Assembly: GCA_052327205.1 (NCBI GenBank) | Contig: CM126225.1 | Span: 6,510,001-6,574,000, forward strand | Direction of reading: 5' to 3' | Source of the DNA: Somniosus microcephalus | Taxonomy: Eukaryota | Length of the DNA: 64,000 bases | Shown: in pieces, positions 25,879 through 36,600 of the stretch | Numbering within the stretch: position 1 is the stretch's first letter | Layout of the letters: every line of letters starts with the position of its first letter | Program-made: the position numbers and the translations under genes | The notes under the pieces: generated by a model | What the model was told of the DNA's origin: nothing | What the model saw: the letters and a program-made list of their open reading frames with translations, nothing else | Database searches by the model: none

Positions 25879-27406
25879 AAATATTTCTAAACTTGACCCA
25901 TATTTTTTAGAACAAAATTGTGTCAGGAAATGTATTTTACCAGTTGACGGCCAAATAATATAAATATTTCAAGAATATGCTCCCCAACAAAATATATGCT
26001 CAATAAATGTGTTTTAAAATAATCGTCTGTAATCTCCATGATCGCAGTTTTATAATGTCTTCTCCCACGGTGCATTGGCTCCACAAACTGAGCTAAAAAA
26101 AAGGTTTCATGATATTTTTCAAAGAAAATAATCAACTTCCTACAAATTTATTGCTATATAAGTTTTCTGTATGCGGGGGTTTGGTATCATAATGGAGACA
26201 TGAGGCTAAGGTTTAGTTTAGATGATGCCGCATTGAATGAACGGAAACTTTTAACTTTGTTTTAACCTGAATTTTGTTTCTGTGTCTTGACTGTTGATGG
26301 AGGCGGGAGGCGTGAAGTCGCCTCTGTTGTCAGATATTTCCGGGAACTTAAGAGAAAAATCTTCCAAGCCACATTTTAGTCTTTTCTCATTTAAATAAAA
26401 TGGAATTAAATTATTTCTGACCGGAATTTGCGACGAGATGAACCTTTTCGTCAATCTTTTAAATGAGCTGTACTGGTGCTTCTCGTTCCTTAGAAGAAAA
26501 TAGTCATCATTTGTGATAAATAATGCTTAAATTTCAGATGCTGTATTTTCTGCAGTAATTTCCTTTTCCCTCCTGTTTTTCATAATATAATGAATAAGAA
26601 TTTATGGCTGTAATAATACATTGCTGGAGCAGTTCATCGCTGCTGTGTTATTACCGTAACGTCTTGTTTCTTTGATAGATGAGAGCTAAGCTATTGTGAC
26701 CCCGGTACAAAAAATAAGCCAAATGAGAACATTCATTAATGCAATAAAGATTCATCTGAGGCAGACTTTGCTGCGAATATTTTAGCGCTGTAGTGTTGAG
26801 TTAAATCAAATATTGATGGATTTTGATATAATATAGTGGATAATGTTTAAATAATTAAACTGATTGCACCACACATAAACCAAATAATTTTTTTGAAATA
26901 TGGAAAAGAAAGCATTTGGAAATTTCAAAAATTACCTTCCAATCCCCCCTCTTATTTAAAAAAAAGTGTTTCCCATTGCAGCTCCATGATCAGTCCACTT
27001 CACATCAGATAAAGTATCAGTTTGTATAAATGATCTGATTTTAAAAAGGTCACTTATTATTAGGATTCTAATATCCCCATTTCCATATCCTGGGGTTGCG
27101 ACAGGCGTGGCTAACGCAATCCATAAACCACCATTAACTATTCATTTATTCAGTGTAGATGCGACCTTTGACCTTCCCAAATCTAAATGAGTTGCTATTT
27201 GCTCTCTATCTTGACACTTCCAAACCTTGCTAAATCATTTTGAGTTTGGTTTGAAATAGAGGAGTTTTTTTTAAAAACCGCATTGCCCCTTGGACTGACT
27301 GGAGGGAGAGGAGAGAGAAGGTTCCTACTAGTCCAAAGTTGACCCTAAGCGAGGAGCTACCAACGCTTAATCAAGAGTGACCCAGACTGCTGAATTAATT
27401 TCGGCG

Positions 27407-27423
27407 TGAACTCTCCGTGAACC
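27407..27423 (-). promoter_or_regulatory. HoxB1 distal 3' DR5 RARE
   Basis: GGTTCA-cggag-AGTTCA on minus; same half-sites and relative position as the Hoxb1/Hoxa1 3' DR5 RAREs. Confidence 0.85.
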
Positions 27424-30182
27424 AAAGACTGGAGAGAAGGAGAGCTGACTTCTTGTGGCTGGCCCTGGGCAAACCTTTCAGCCTGAGTAAATATTGAACG
27501 AGTCCATCTGATGGCCGGAATGAAATGGCCCTGTCAGGCAAAAGTAAACTTAAAGGGGGTAAAACCACAAGGAGCTGAAAATTGTACGGCCACCTCCTCA
27601 TTGTTTTCCATTCAGGTCAAACTCTCCTTCACCTGCCTGCTAAGTAAAGATACACGGAGGTGATCGGTAATTAAATTGAAAAGAGTAGTGCTGTCATATG
27701 ACCCTCCCCCCTCCCCATTCTCTCAGTAACATTTTAAAATATTGTCTTTAACTGAAAACACAGGAAACAGCTGATGGGTAGAACTAACATGCATACATAC
27801 ACATTTAAAAGTTTCATTTCTGTAGTTTTTGAAGGGGCTGAAAGTTAGATAAGTCACCGCTCGGATCTGCCCTTCTAAATAAATAATCTGGATTGAAAGC
27901 TGACAATTATTTTAATGATCCAAGACACACATAAGATGCAACATGGAATCCTGATGAATGTGTAACTATCCTGCCAAAGTAATACTGTTGTGTTCAGTTT
28001 AGAATTTTCCTTGATTCTAGATTTCTTCTCTTCAATGGGACTGAATGAAAAAGTTATCCCGTTTGATTGTTTACCTTGATCACCTATGCATTATTCCCCG
28101 CACCCTAATCATATCCACGTGGGTTATTTGAAATGGGGGTAAGATAGAAATAGTACTGATTGAGATTGTAAATTGCACTTTAGGCAATTCTAAAATCACG
28201 TTCCATACGCCTATGGAGTAATCAGTTCTCCTTCAATTGCCTGGTCCGCTATCGATCGCTATAATTCCTTGGTGTAATTCCCCCTCTCTGGTGCTGTGCA
28301 GGCTGTAGTAACCAGGACTGTACGGGACTCTCCCGACCAATATTTGATGTAGCATTTTCAGGGAAATATTTTTTACGATAATAGACTAAATTGATAGATA
28401 CATATTATTGAAGGTGCTAAAGGACCCTCGATGCTTAAAGGGTGAAATAGAAATGTCAGGGGGTTAATATCAATGAGGAGGAGCTGAAATGCTGAAAGTT
28501 ATTTAAACTCTTGCATATTGTTGTTTAGTGGGTTTTTTTTAAAGCTGGTTACAAGCTCCACGTTTGTTTTTTGTTAAACTAAAAACGCGTGAAGTTGCAG
28601 CCAATGCAACTCCGAACTGGTACAGAGAGAAACACACAAATAACAAAGGTCTGTTGATAGTTCAAAGGGAACCGTCATAAATTTTATGAGCGCGGTTTGC
28701 TTTACATCAAAAGGCATCGCATGGGGAGGGTAAAAGCTCCCACAAAACAAGTGCAATTAGCACAAAGTCGTCAGGAGCAGATGGCTGTAGTCTCTGTTCG
28801 CTCAGGATAGGAGTCAGTCCCTTTGAAATTACTTTTTTTTTTAAAAAACCTTCCCTACAGCCATCAAGAACAAGAGATTTCCTAACCTTCGCCTTTTATT
28901 TATCTCCAGCTTTCCCAGGATGTTTTGGGGTGAATACCAGAGCCATTTATTTCTTTATTTATTTATATATTTATAGGGAGGGGTGGGGGAGGGGCAAGAC
29001 CAGGGCTCTTACAACTTTTGCTAAAGTCACTCACTCCCAATACTTTTTGTTTCATTCAATGAATTTCAAAGGCACGTTTGTAAACGTGTGGCATGAGAAG
29101 TATATCATTCACACCAGTGCTTGCAGTCAGAGGGAGGGTTAGAGCTGTGTGTGCTTGCTTGCAAAGGAAAATAAAATGTTGATCTAAGAGGCCATGTACA
29201 TAAAAACGGGCAAACAGTATTACGTGGCAACATTGTACAGTCGGCGAAATGCTTAGATGTTTACATTACAGTAACCATGCACAAAAAACTCGCACCATGG
29301 AGAAACCCAGCAGTTTGCAACTATTTCCGGTAACAACTCCCCGATTTCAGTGGAAAGCTGTACTTGTCTTTTGTTATGCTCCGCACCACAAGCGAGATCA
29401 GAAAGGATTCCCTGGTTACATCATTGTTCTCCGGCACATATATTCGATTGAAATGCATTGTCCATGCATGCGGTTTTACACAGTGTGTTGGTTCGGGCGA
29501 AGTTTGTAGCATTCTTAAGGACACCTAGAAAATCAACATGCTTTCAAATGAAAATAACTGGAGGAGGCAACCAAGTTTACACTGAACATTTCTTTCCCAA
29601 AAAGCAGCACAGCTTCTCTTTGGTCTCAAGAATTGTTTCCCTCGGGCTCGCCAACTCTAATTCTTTCCTTCCTCTGCTTTTTAGAAACATATATTTGTTC
29701 CCTTCCCGAATCTAATATATTTATACGACATTCAGGAAGGGAACAAATGCATTTTCCCCAGTTTCAGAAATTCGAGCTTTGCCCCCTCGATCAAGCTGTC
29801 TCTGGTCTAACTTTTCTTGCAGAGTTTTCCGCGGAAATAAACTTCGCTGAAGGTGACGGCAGCACCGGTCAAACCTTTCCCAGAGATCTTTAAAGCGCTT
29901 TATTTGGCTGAAATATGGGGTAAAATGTCTCGAGCTTATGTTTGTCAGGACCTCTGTGAGAAGAGGTCTGGATGTGTGTGTGTGTGTGTGTTGAAAGTGT
30001 GATTTATATTTCTGTACCTCTGTGTGCATGTGTATATAACTGTGTGATAGTGTGTTTGGAATTAATGTATGAATGTGCGCATTTTGTGCGAATCCATACG
30101 TGTGTGCGCGAGTGTATGTGAGAGGGGAACTGTACCTCTGTGCGGGATTCGACTTAGTACTGAACAATGTGTATTAGTTTAC

Positions 30183-30408
30183 AGAAACATAGAAACATAG
30201 AAGATAGGAGCAGGAGTAGGCCATTCGGCCCCTCGAGCCTGCTCCGCCATTTAATGAGATCATGGCTGATCATCCAAATTCAGTGCCCTGTCCCTGCTTT
30301 CTCCCCGTATCCCTTGATCCCTTTAGCCTTAATAAATATATTTAACTCCTTCTTGAATATATTTAATGAATTGGCCTCAACTGCTTTGTGTGGTAGAGAA
30401 TTCCACAG
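30183..30408 (-). mobile_element. CR1 3' tail between the two HoxB1 3' RAREs
   Basis: (agaaacat)2 agaagataggagcaggagtaggccattcggcccctcgag; same family as 2295-2460 and 7359-7580. Confidence 0.85.
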
Positions 30409-30867
30409 TTATATAAGTCACCGTGTATATGTTGGGGGGTTAATTGAGTTAGACATTAAAAAGTTATGCATGGTTTTAAATTCAACATAGAAATCTGCTC
30501 GCTTCCAGTCAGTGGCAGTTGTAGAAAAGTGGTTTAATTTAACTGAGTACATGTTCTCCATTCAGATTTATGTCATTAGAACTAAAACTAGCAATAGAAA
30601 TAGAAATTAGAACCTCTTCTGGGTGATTACATTTACATCAGTCCTATTTAATGCATTAATTGTACCCTACAGTTTATTCTGAATTTTGCCAGTCTCCCTG
30701 CCTTCTCTTGCTCCCACCCTCCCCTCTCTCCATTATCTCGCTCTCTTTTATATATATCTGTATGTATATATATATATAAAGTTTGAGAGTTCTCTGCCTG
30801 AGATGGACAACGGTGTCATCTTCAGGCGGCTTTTGTTGACTTGTTTGTTAATCCCAGAGGCGTTTGG

Positions 30868-30881
30868 AGGTAAAAAGGTCA
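30868..30881 (+). promoter_or_regulatory. HoxB1 3' DR2 retinoic acid response element
   Basis: AGGTAA-aa-AGGTCA, matching the known Hoxb1 3' DR2 RARE; 1.7 kb past the stop codon. Confidence 0.88.
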
Positions 30882-31452
30882 CTGGTACATCCGGAGTTTG
30901 CTGTTGCATTCCTCGCTTCGTCGCTACATTTATTTTAAAGACGTGGCCGAGGAGTGTTTGTTTAATGTCGTTCACGGAGGATAATGAGCACTTCCTTTCA
31001 GATTCCAGCGAAGCTGAGCAGCATTGAAGGGAACATTTCTTGAAATTATCCGCATTTGCAGACCCCGGATGGGTCTTTTTAAGCTGTTTGACTTTAATTG
31101 CACATTTTAACGCTCTGGTATTTGTTTTCTAACGATTTTGTCAATATAAGGTCAATCTCATGTGCTAAAAAGCAACCATCCAGTAATCTCGTTGTGTGCT
31201 TTGGTTTATTTATGGGCTGCCAACAGACAGATTACTGACTATGGATTGGAATACTTCACAGTGGTCAAAGTGCAATAACTACAGGAAATAAAACATGGCT
31301 CCGGATCATTGTATTGTCATAGATATTATAGCTCCATCATAGGCCATCCCTAGAAAGATGCATCCTACATAACGTGTCTTATTTTGAGGGAAAATAGCCA
31401 AGAGAAATGAAAACAGTCAAGAAACAAAGTGTGTTATAATAATCAATTCGAT

Positions 31453-31458
31453 TTTATT
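31453..31458 (-). terminator. Probable HoxB1 polyadenylation signal
   Basis: AATAAA on minus 1.1 kb after the stop, followed by a U/GU-rich tract. Confidence 0.55.
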
Positions 31459-32569
31459 GGCATGAGGTAGCTGAGCACTCGGGTTGCAGACTGAGCGTGG
31501 TGAGCACGTTTGGAGGGCTGCTAACGAGCGGAGAGACAAAACTGATAAAACTCAGTAAAAGATTTGAATCACAGCATCTTCACCTGGGGTAGGATTGCTC
31601 TGGCAGCCATGTCTAGCGACAGCGGCGATGCCCTTTTTTTGGTGAAGAGGTCCTCTGGTCGGCATTACTGGCGAACTGGTCATCTCGAGCAGTAATGTCC
31701 AGAGATCTTCATAGATGCATTTTGCCACGTTATAACACATGTGCCACCAGAGCACACCCAATCCCATGTTGAATCCAGCCTTCCTCACAATAATATCAAA
31801 AGATACCTGCACCAAGGCTTAAAAGCAATCGAAAAGTCCAATATTCTCGGAATTATCACTTTTGTTGGAAATATTTGGTTCTGCCGCAACGAAACATCTA
31901 ATCACAGTTTCTGATTTAAGCTTTTATCAAGCAACAGAAAGAACAGAAAATGCCACAAAAAGTGAACGAACGATATTAGTATTTGTCTGTTAACATTTAA
32001 CATGCGCCTGCTACAACCAATTTCTTAAACTCTCCATTTCCTCTCTACACCTAGCATGTATCTTTTTAATCGATAACCCTGTTACAGTATTAGTAGTGCA
32101 ATCACAAAAAGTACCACAGATCTCATAAACACACTTCACACTGCAGAATAAAGGTGTTTCATCGCAATTTCCGATATATACAAACAATCCCGCTTGAAAT
32201 CGGGATTCTTAAATACAAAATAGACTGAAATCTACACCTATGCATAGACAGCGAGGCTCTATGAAGCCAGACTCCCTGCAAAGTTAACAATAACAAGGCT
32301 GGCAGTCAAAATCGCAAGCTAAAAATATATATACAACCAGCCGGACAGTATGTCGTATTACAATCATCGGTATCAAAATATGGGATTCTCGCATTGTAAA
32401 CATGTGAAAAGTGCAATGCTAACTTTTTTTTTTGGTAATTTCCCTGAGTTTATTACAAGTATAACACAGAAAGGGAGGGCCATTAACATCAGTAAAATGT
32501 AATGATGGAAATTAAAGTCATATTCTCCCTTTTTTTGAAAGGTATTGCTCTTTGTTTTGATAGCTTGAG

Positions 32570-32913
32570 TTAAGAGGTGTGGATGTTCTCTGATGTCGAC
32601 GATCTGGGCGATGTGGATGGCGAGGTAGTTGATGACTTGTCTGATCCGTCCCCCGGCTCCTTTGCAGCGTTGGCGGGGAAGTGGGGAGCGAATCCTTCCT
32701 TTTCTCGCTTCTTCTGCTTCATCCTGCGGTTCTGAAACCAGATCTTCACTTGGGTTTCGTTCAGCTCCAGCGTGGCCGCTATCTCCACTCTCCTGGCGCG
32801 GGTTAGGTACTTGTTAAAGTGGAATTCCTTCTCCAGCTCAGTCAACTGCTTGGTGGTGAAATTGGTTCGTATGGTGTTGGTCTGGCCACCCAATCCGTAT
32901 TCAGCAATTTTGG
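32570..32913 (-). CDS. hoxb1: HoxB1 coding exon 2 (homeodomain)
   Basis: Acceptor ttttcag|CC. Labial-type homeodomain [59 protein letters not shown]; AATLELNE is B1-like. Joined CDS is 936 nt, 311 aa. Confidence 0.95.
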
Positions 32914-33710
32914 CTGAAAAAAATAAAAGGGAAAACAATTAGATGGACCCTACATGAGCAAACGCCCCCACAGCCCGCCCCAACCACCATTAACCAACAA
33001 CTTCAGCACTTGACTGTCCCGGAACTTGATAGAAGCAAAAGATAAAAAAGAGCACACGGCTTTTAGGCTGAATCCAACTCATCTTATTCAAGGACAGGAC
33101 TCTTAAAACAGAACATTAACTCTTAATTAAGCCACTGCAACGCAAATGCGAAATACTCGCTCCCTCCCGTTGGGTTTTATCTAATAAATGTTGGGCCCAA
33201 CTTCTTTTGTGAAGTGCACTAAACCAACTCACTGTGAAACACACATCTTAAAATGGGTAACTTATACACAGAGATCAAGTTTCGCCGAGTGGAGTTACAC
33301 GGACAGGCCTGTGCACTTCACAGTTAAAGCTACAGACCCGCTTTCCACACCAACCTGCCTGTCATTTTCAGGTCAGTTTCATAAATTCAGAATCAACCGG
33401 CCGCTTAGCTCTTATTTACTGAAATTGATTCCGGGAGGGGGGAGGGGCGTCAGCAAATGGGTTACTGCAAAACCATTCGAATACTGTAGCTCTTAATTTG
33501 CAAAGTTCAAAGAGAGGGCAAAGAACTTTTTAAAAATGTACTTTAGACGTTTTCAGAAGCCAATGAATGTTAACGTCAATGATATTTTACAATTTGAAAG
33601 AATTACATTGTGAAAGTTGGAAAGTGCTTGAATTGGATTTCCGCCACTTCCTTGGCTCACTTACAGGTAAGGTAAGGATTAGGGTTAAGGTTAGAGCTGC
33701 TCATACTAAC

Positions 33711-34302
33711 CTGTTTTAGGAGGGTTTCTTTTCACTTTCATCCAGTCAAACGTCTGGCCCGAAGAGGATGAATCAGAGATGCAGCCAGGTTCCTTTTCCC
33801 CCTCTTGAGATGGAGACAGATTAACATAAGTCCCGTACGCCAAACCCTGTTGCTCTTGGCCGTAGGAATGCTGATATTGGCTTGGCCCTGAGACAGCACA
33901 ATAACCGTCTGAAAGCGGATTGACAGTGGATGCTACATTGCCAGTGTACCCCGAGGTTTGAAAGTACGCCCCATCCGATTCTTGATTGAAAAAATAATGG
34001 TGATTGTAACCCGGGTTGCAAGTTTGGGCGGTGTAGTTGTTGGGGCCTGAACCGGTGTATGGGTTTCCTAGACTGGAATGATGCGAGTAACTGGGTGGCT
34101 GGTGCTGATGCTGGAGTGCATTGTGCGCGCTTCCTCCTACTAAGAATCGTCCATCACCATTGCAATTGTCAACGTTACCTGCAGAAGGAGCGAAAGCTGT
34201 TATCCCTTGTTCTGAATGGTGGTAACCCTTGGATGAGTAGGCGCTCGTCCCACGATTACAAATTGCGTACTCTAAGAAGGAGTTCATCCTGGTATTGTCC
34301 AT
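33711..34302 (-). CDS. hoxb1: HoxB1 coding exon 1
   Basis: ATG at 34302 gives MDNTRMNSFLEYAICNRG (PG1 N-terminus) and hexapeptide TFDWMKVKRNPPKT. Donor G|GTTAGT at 33711/33710. 592 nt, phase 1. Confidence 0.95.
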
Positions 34303-34424
34303 CTGCCAGTGATGGACGGTCAACCTGTTCGGTATCTCCCTGCCCCTGAAACGCCAGGCACTATGTCACCCAGTAAACTTCGTCCATGGCTCGCTGGCAA
34401 TCAAACGATCTCACTCAAGAGGAC

Positions 34425-34449
34425 ATTCACGTGACCCCGAGTCGCCAAT
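34425..34449. promoter_or_regulatory. HoxB1 proximal promoter E-box plus CCAAT
   Basis: ATTCACGTGAC (34425-34435) and CCAAT (34445-34449), between the ARE and the ATG. Confidence 0.6.
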
Positions 34450-34486
34450 GGCAAGGGACCTCCTGATGTTAGTGAACTGCATGAGG

Positions 34487-34551
34487 TGATCCATCACCCC
34501 GCTGACATTTACATCACAAAAGCTTTCAATCAAAGTTATCCGCATCAATCT
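34487..34551 (-). promoter_or_regulatory. HoxB1 rhombomere-4 autoregulatory element (R1, R2, Sox/Oct, R3)
   Basis: On minus: AGATTGATG (34551-34543), TGATTGAAAG (34532-34523), CTTTTGTGATGTAAAT (34522-34507), GGGG-TGATGGATCA (34496-34487). Same order as the mouse b1-ARE, about 190-250 bp upstream of the ATG. Confidence 0.9.
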
Positions 34552-36335
34552 GATAGCAACACTTAAACGTCAAATCAGCCTTCAGAAAAAGGGAGGGGGG
34601 AGAGAAAGTTGGAATTATTCAAGATTGTCTTTAAAGTGTTAAAAAGATTTGTTCAAACCAAGAACCACAGCTGCCTACAAAACCTGGGCATATTATCTTC
34701 CTGCAGCCCAGCAGAGCTCAAGTAGGTAATTTAATATATATTTTAATGTTTTATTTGAATAATGCAACATTGCAAGGAACAAACCATTGCATTATAGTCG
34801 ATTTGAGCCGTTTTTAGTTTTAAAAAGTAAACAAGTTGAAAGGTGCCCAGCATCTCGCTTAACTTTGTTCTAAAAGTCTGGAGTAGGCGGAAATGAATCT
34901 AACATATCACAGCACGGATACAGAGAAAAATAGAGCCAATTGTATGGGGGAGGGGTTATAAAATAAAGCATCCGTTTTGAATGAATTGCAACGATCTTTT
35001 GGTGAATTCTGTAGTACATTAAAAGCTATGAGATGTCCATATGATTTTTGGAAAGGTAATGTTGCTCATGGGATGTTTGATAAAAGGTCTCATAACAAAT
35101 GTAATATAGATGAGCATTACCCAGTTAGAATTGCATGTTGCTTAATTACCGTTTTTTATGTCCCAATTTTGTAATTCGCTGGGATCTGCTAAAGAGTCAT
35201 AAAACCATGGGTTAAATTTAGAATTGTAATGCAATAAAACATACCCATGCTGTCATTCCTATTCCTTCAGTGAAACTGTGTAGGGAATTCAATGAAAGAC
35301 GAAACATAAAAAATACGATGCCAATCCGATAGAATCCTTTCTATAATTTGAGAGTTCAGCCTGGTTACACCATTAAAACAAAGATAATGTATATTTAAGA
35401 GGCTTATTTCCACTGTGAAGAAGTGATTGCCTTGCAAAAGTAATACATCCAATCAATTCATCAATAATATATTAAATCAAGAATGTAAGTTGAATAGCCT
35501 ATATGCTTTTGAATTTAAAAAAACATTTTTGTTTCTAAAAAACCTTTGAAATGTTCATCTTATATACTCTTAGCCTTGTCATAAAGCTTATGGGTACCTG
35601 TAATAGATGCAGTGCTGACAGCACTACGGGAGAAATCAGTCATTTCATTTCTCAGTGGGTGCCATATATTACTTTCCAGCACTCAGACTGAAGTTTCGAC
35701 GATTCTACCGGGGTGGGGGTTATTCTATGGATCATAAATAGTTCCTCGTTTAAAGTTTTGAGATGTATCTTACCTAAGTCAGCAAACCCAAGTTAACTAA
35801 AAGTGGCAGACTAGCTTGACAAAGTGAATGGTGATTATTCATATTTTGCCGGAATTGAAGGCATCTCACACAATGTCCTTCACAGTCTAGTTTCGTGAGC
35901 TGTCAGGATATGTACTATTATCTCAGCATTTAAGCACGTTTAATATGTTTGACATAATAAGATGGTTTTCCCTTTACATTCTGGGTTATCACATATATAC
36001 ACACAGTTTAGTGGTGATTAGCTAGAAGCCCGGGGCCTACAATTATACTAATTTACTCAGTTAACAGAAAAAGATTAATTGTACAGTATGTGATGTGTCA
36101 CTGTTGCACCTAGACATTCGAGCTGCTCGTCGCCCGCCATCTGTTAGGTTCATGGAGAGCTTATATTTTCTACATAATGATACCTTATCACTGTCACCGA
36201 ATTCAAGAAACATTATTTTTGCCTTCACTCATTCAGTCGGTGGATCCATATGTCAAAGGCAGCTCTGGCAGCCAGCAATTTAAATGTTTGATGTAAGCTC
36301 CATTTTGCTACTGCTTACTGCACTTTTCCCTTTAG

Positions 36336-36600
36336 GGAGAGAGAGAGAGAAAGAATGAGAGGGAAATGAGGATATAGATGGATACGTACAGATAGAAAGG
36401 GAGCGCTACAGAGGGAAAGATACAGAGAGGGGAAAGGGATAGGAACTGAGAAGTACATAGAGGAGAGAGGCACAGACGAATAAGTACAGAGAGAAAGAAA
36501 GAGAGGCAAAGAGGGGACTGTATACAGAGAAAGGTACACAGAAACATGAGAACCAGAGAGATACAGAGAGAACGAGAAAGCAAAAGAGAAGAAAGAACAA
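36336..36600 (+). repeat. GA-rich low-complexity tract
   Basis: Degenerate (GA)n purine strand. Confidence 0.7.

Noticed and set aside
1-26000. SKAP1 exons (usual 3' neighbour of HoxB)
   Set aside because: No recognisable SKAP1 peptide found.
33666-33696. Telomere-like repeat in the HoxB1 intron
   Set aside because: Only one exact TTAGGG in a short degenerate run.
34303-34323. N-terminal extensions in the ORF track (HoxB1 MTVHHWQ, HoxB3 MGNCE, intron read-throughs)
   Set aside because: They start at TTG codons or inside introns; the conserved ATGs and splice sites were used instead.
34361-34387. Short uORF (MDEVYWVT) with strong Kozak context before HoxB1
   Set aside because: It starts only about 40 nt downstream of the promoter E-box and may lie upstream of the TSS; cannot show it is in the mRNA.
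36147-36163. GGTTCA-tggag-AGCTTA as the HoxB1 5' RARE
   Set aside because: The second half-site has two mismatches; not supportable without conservation data.
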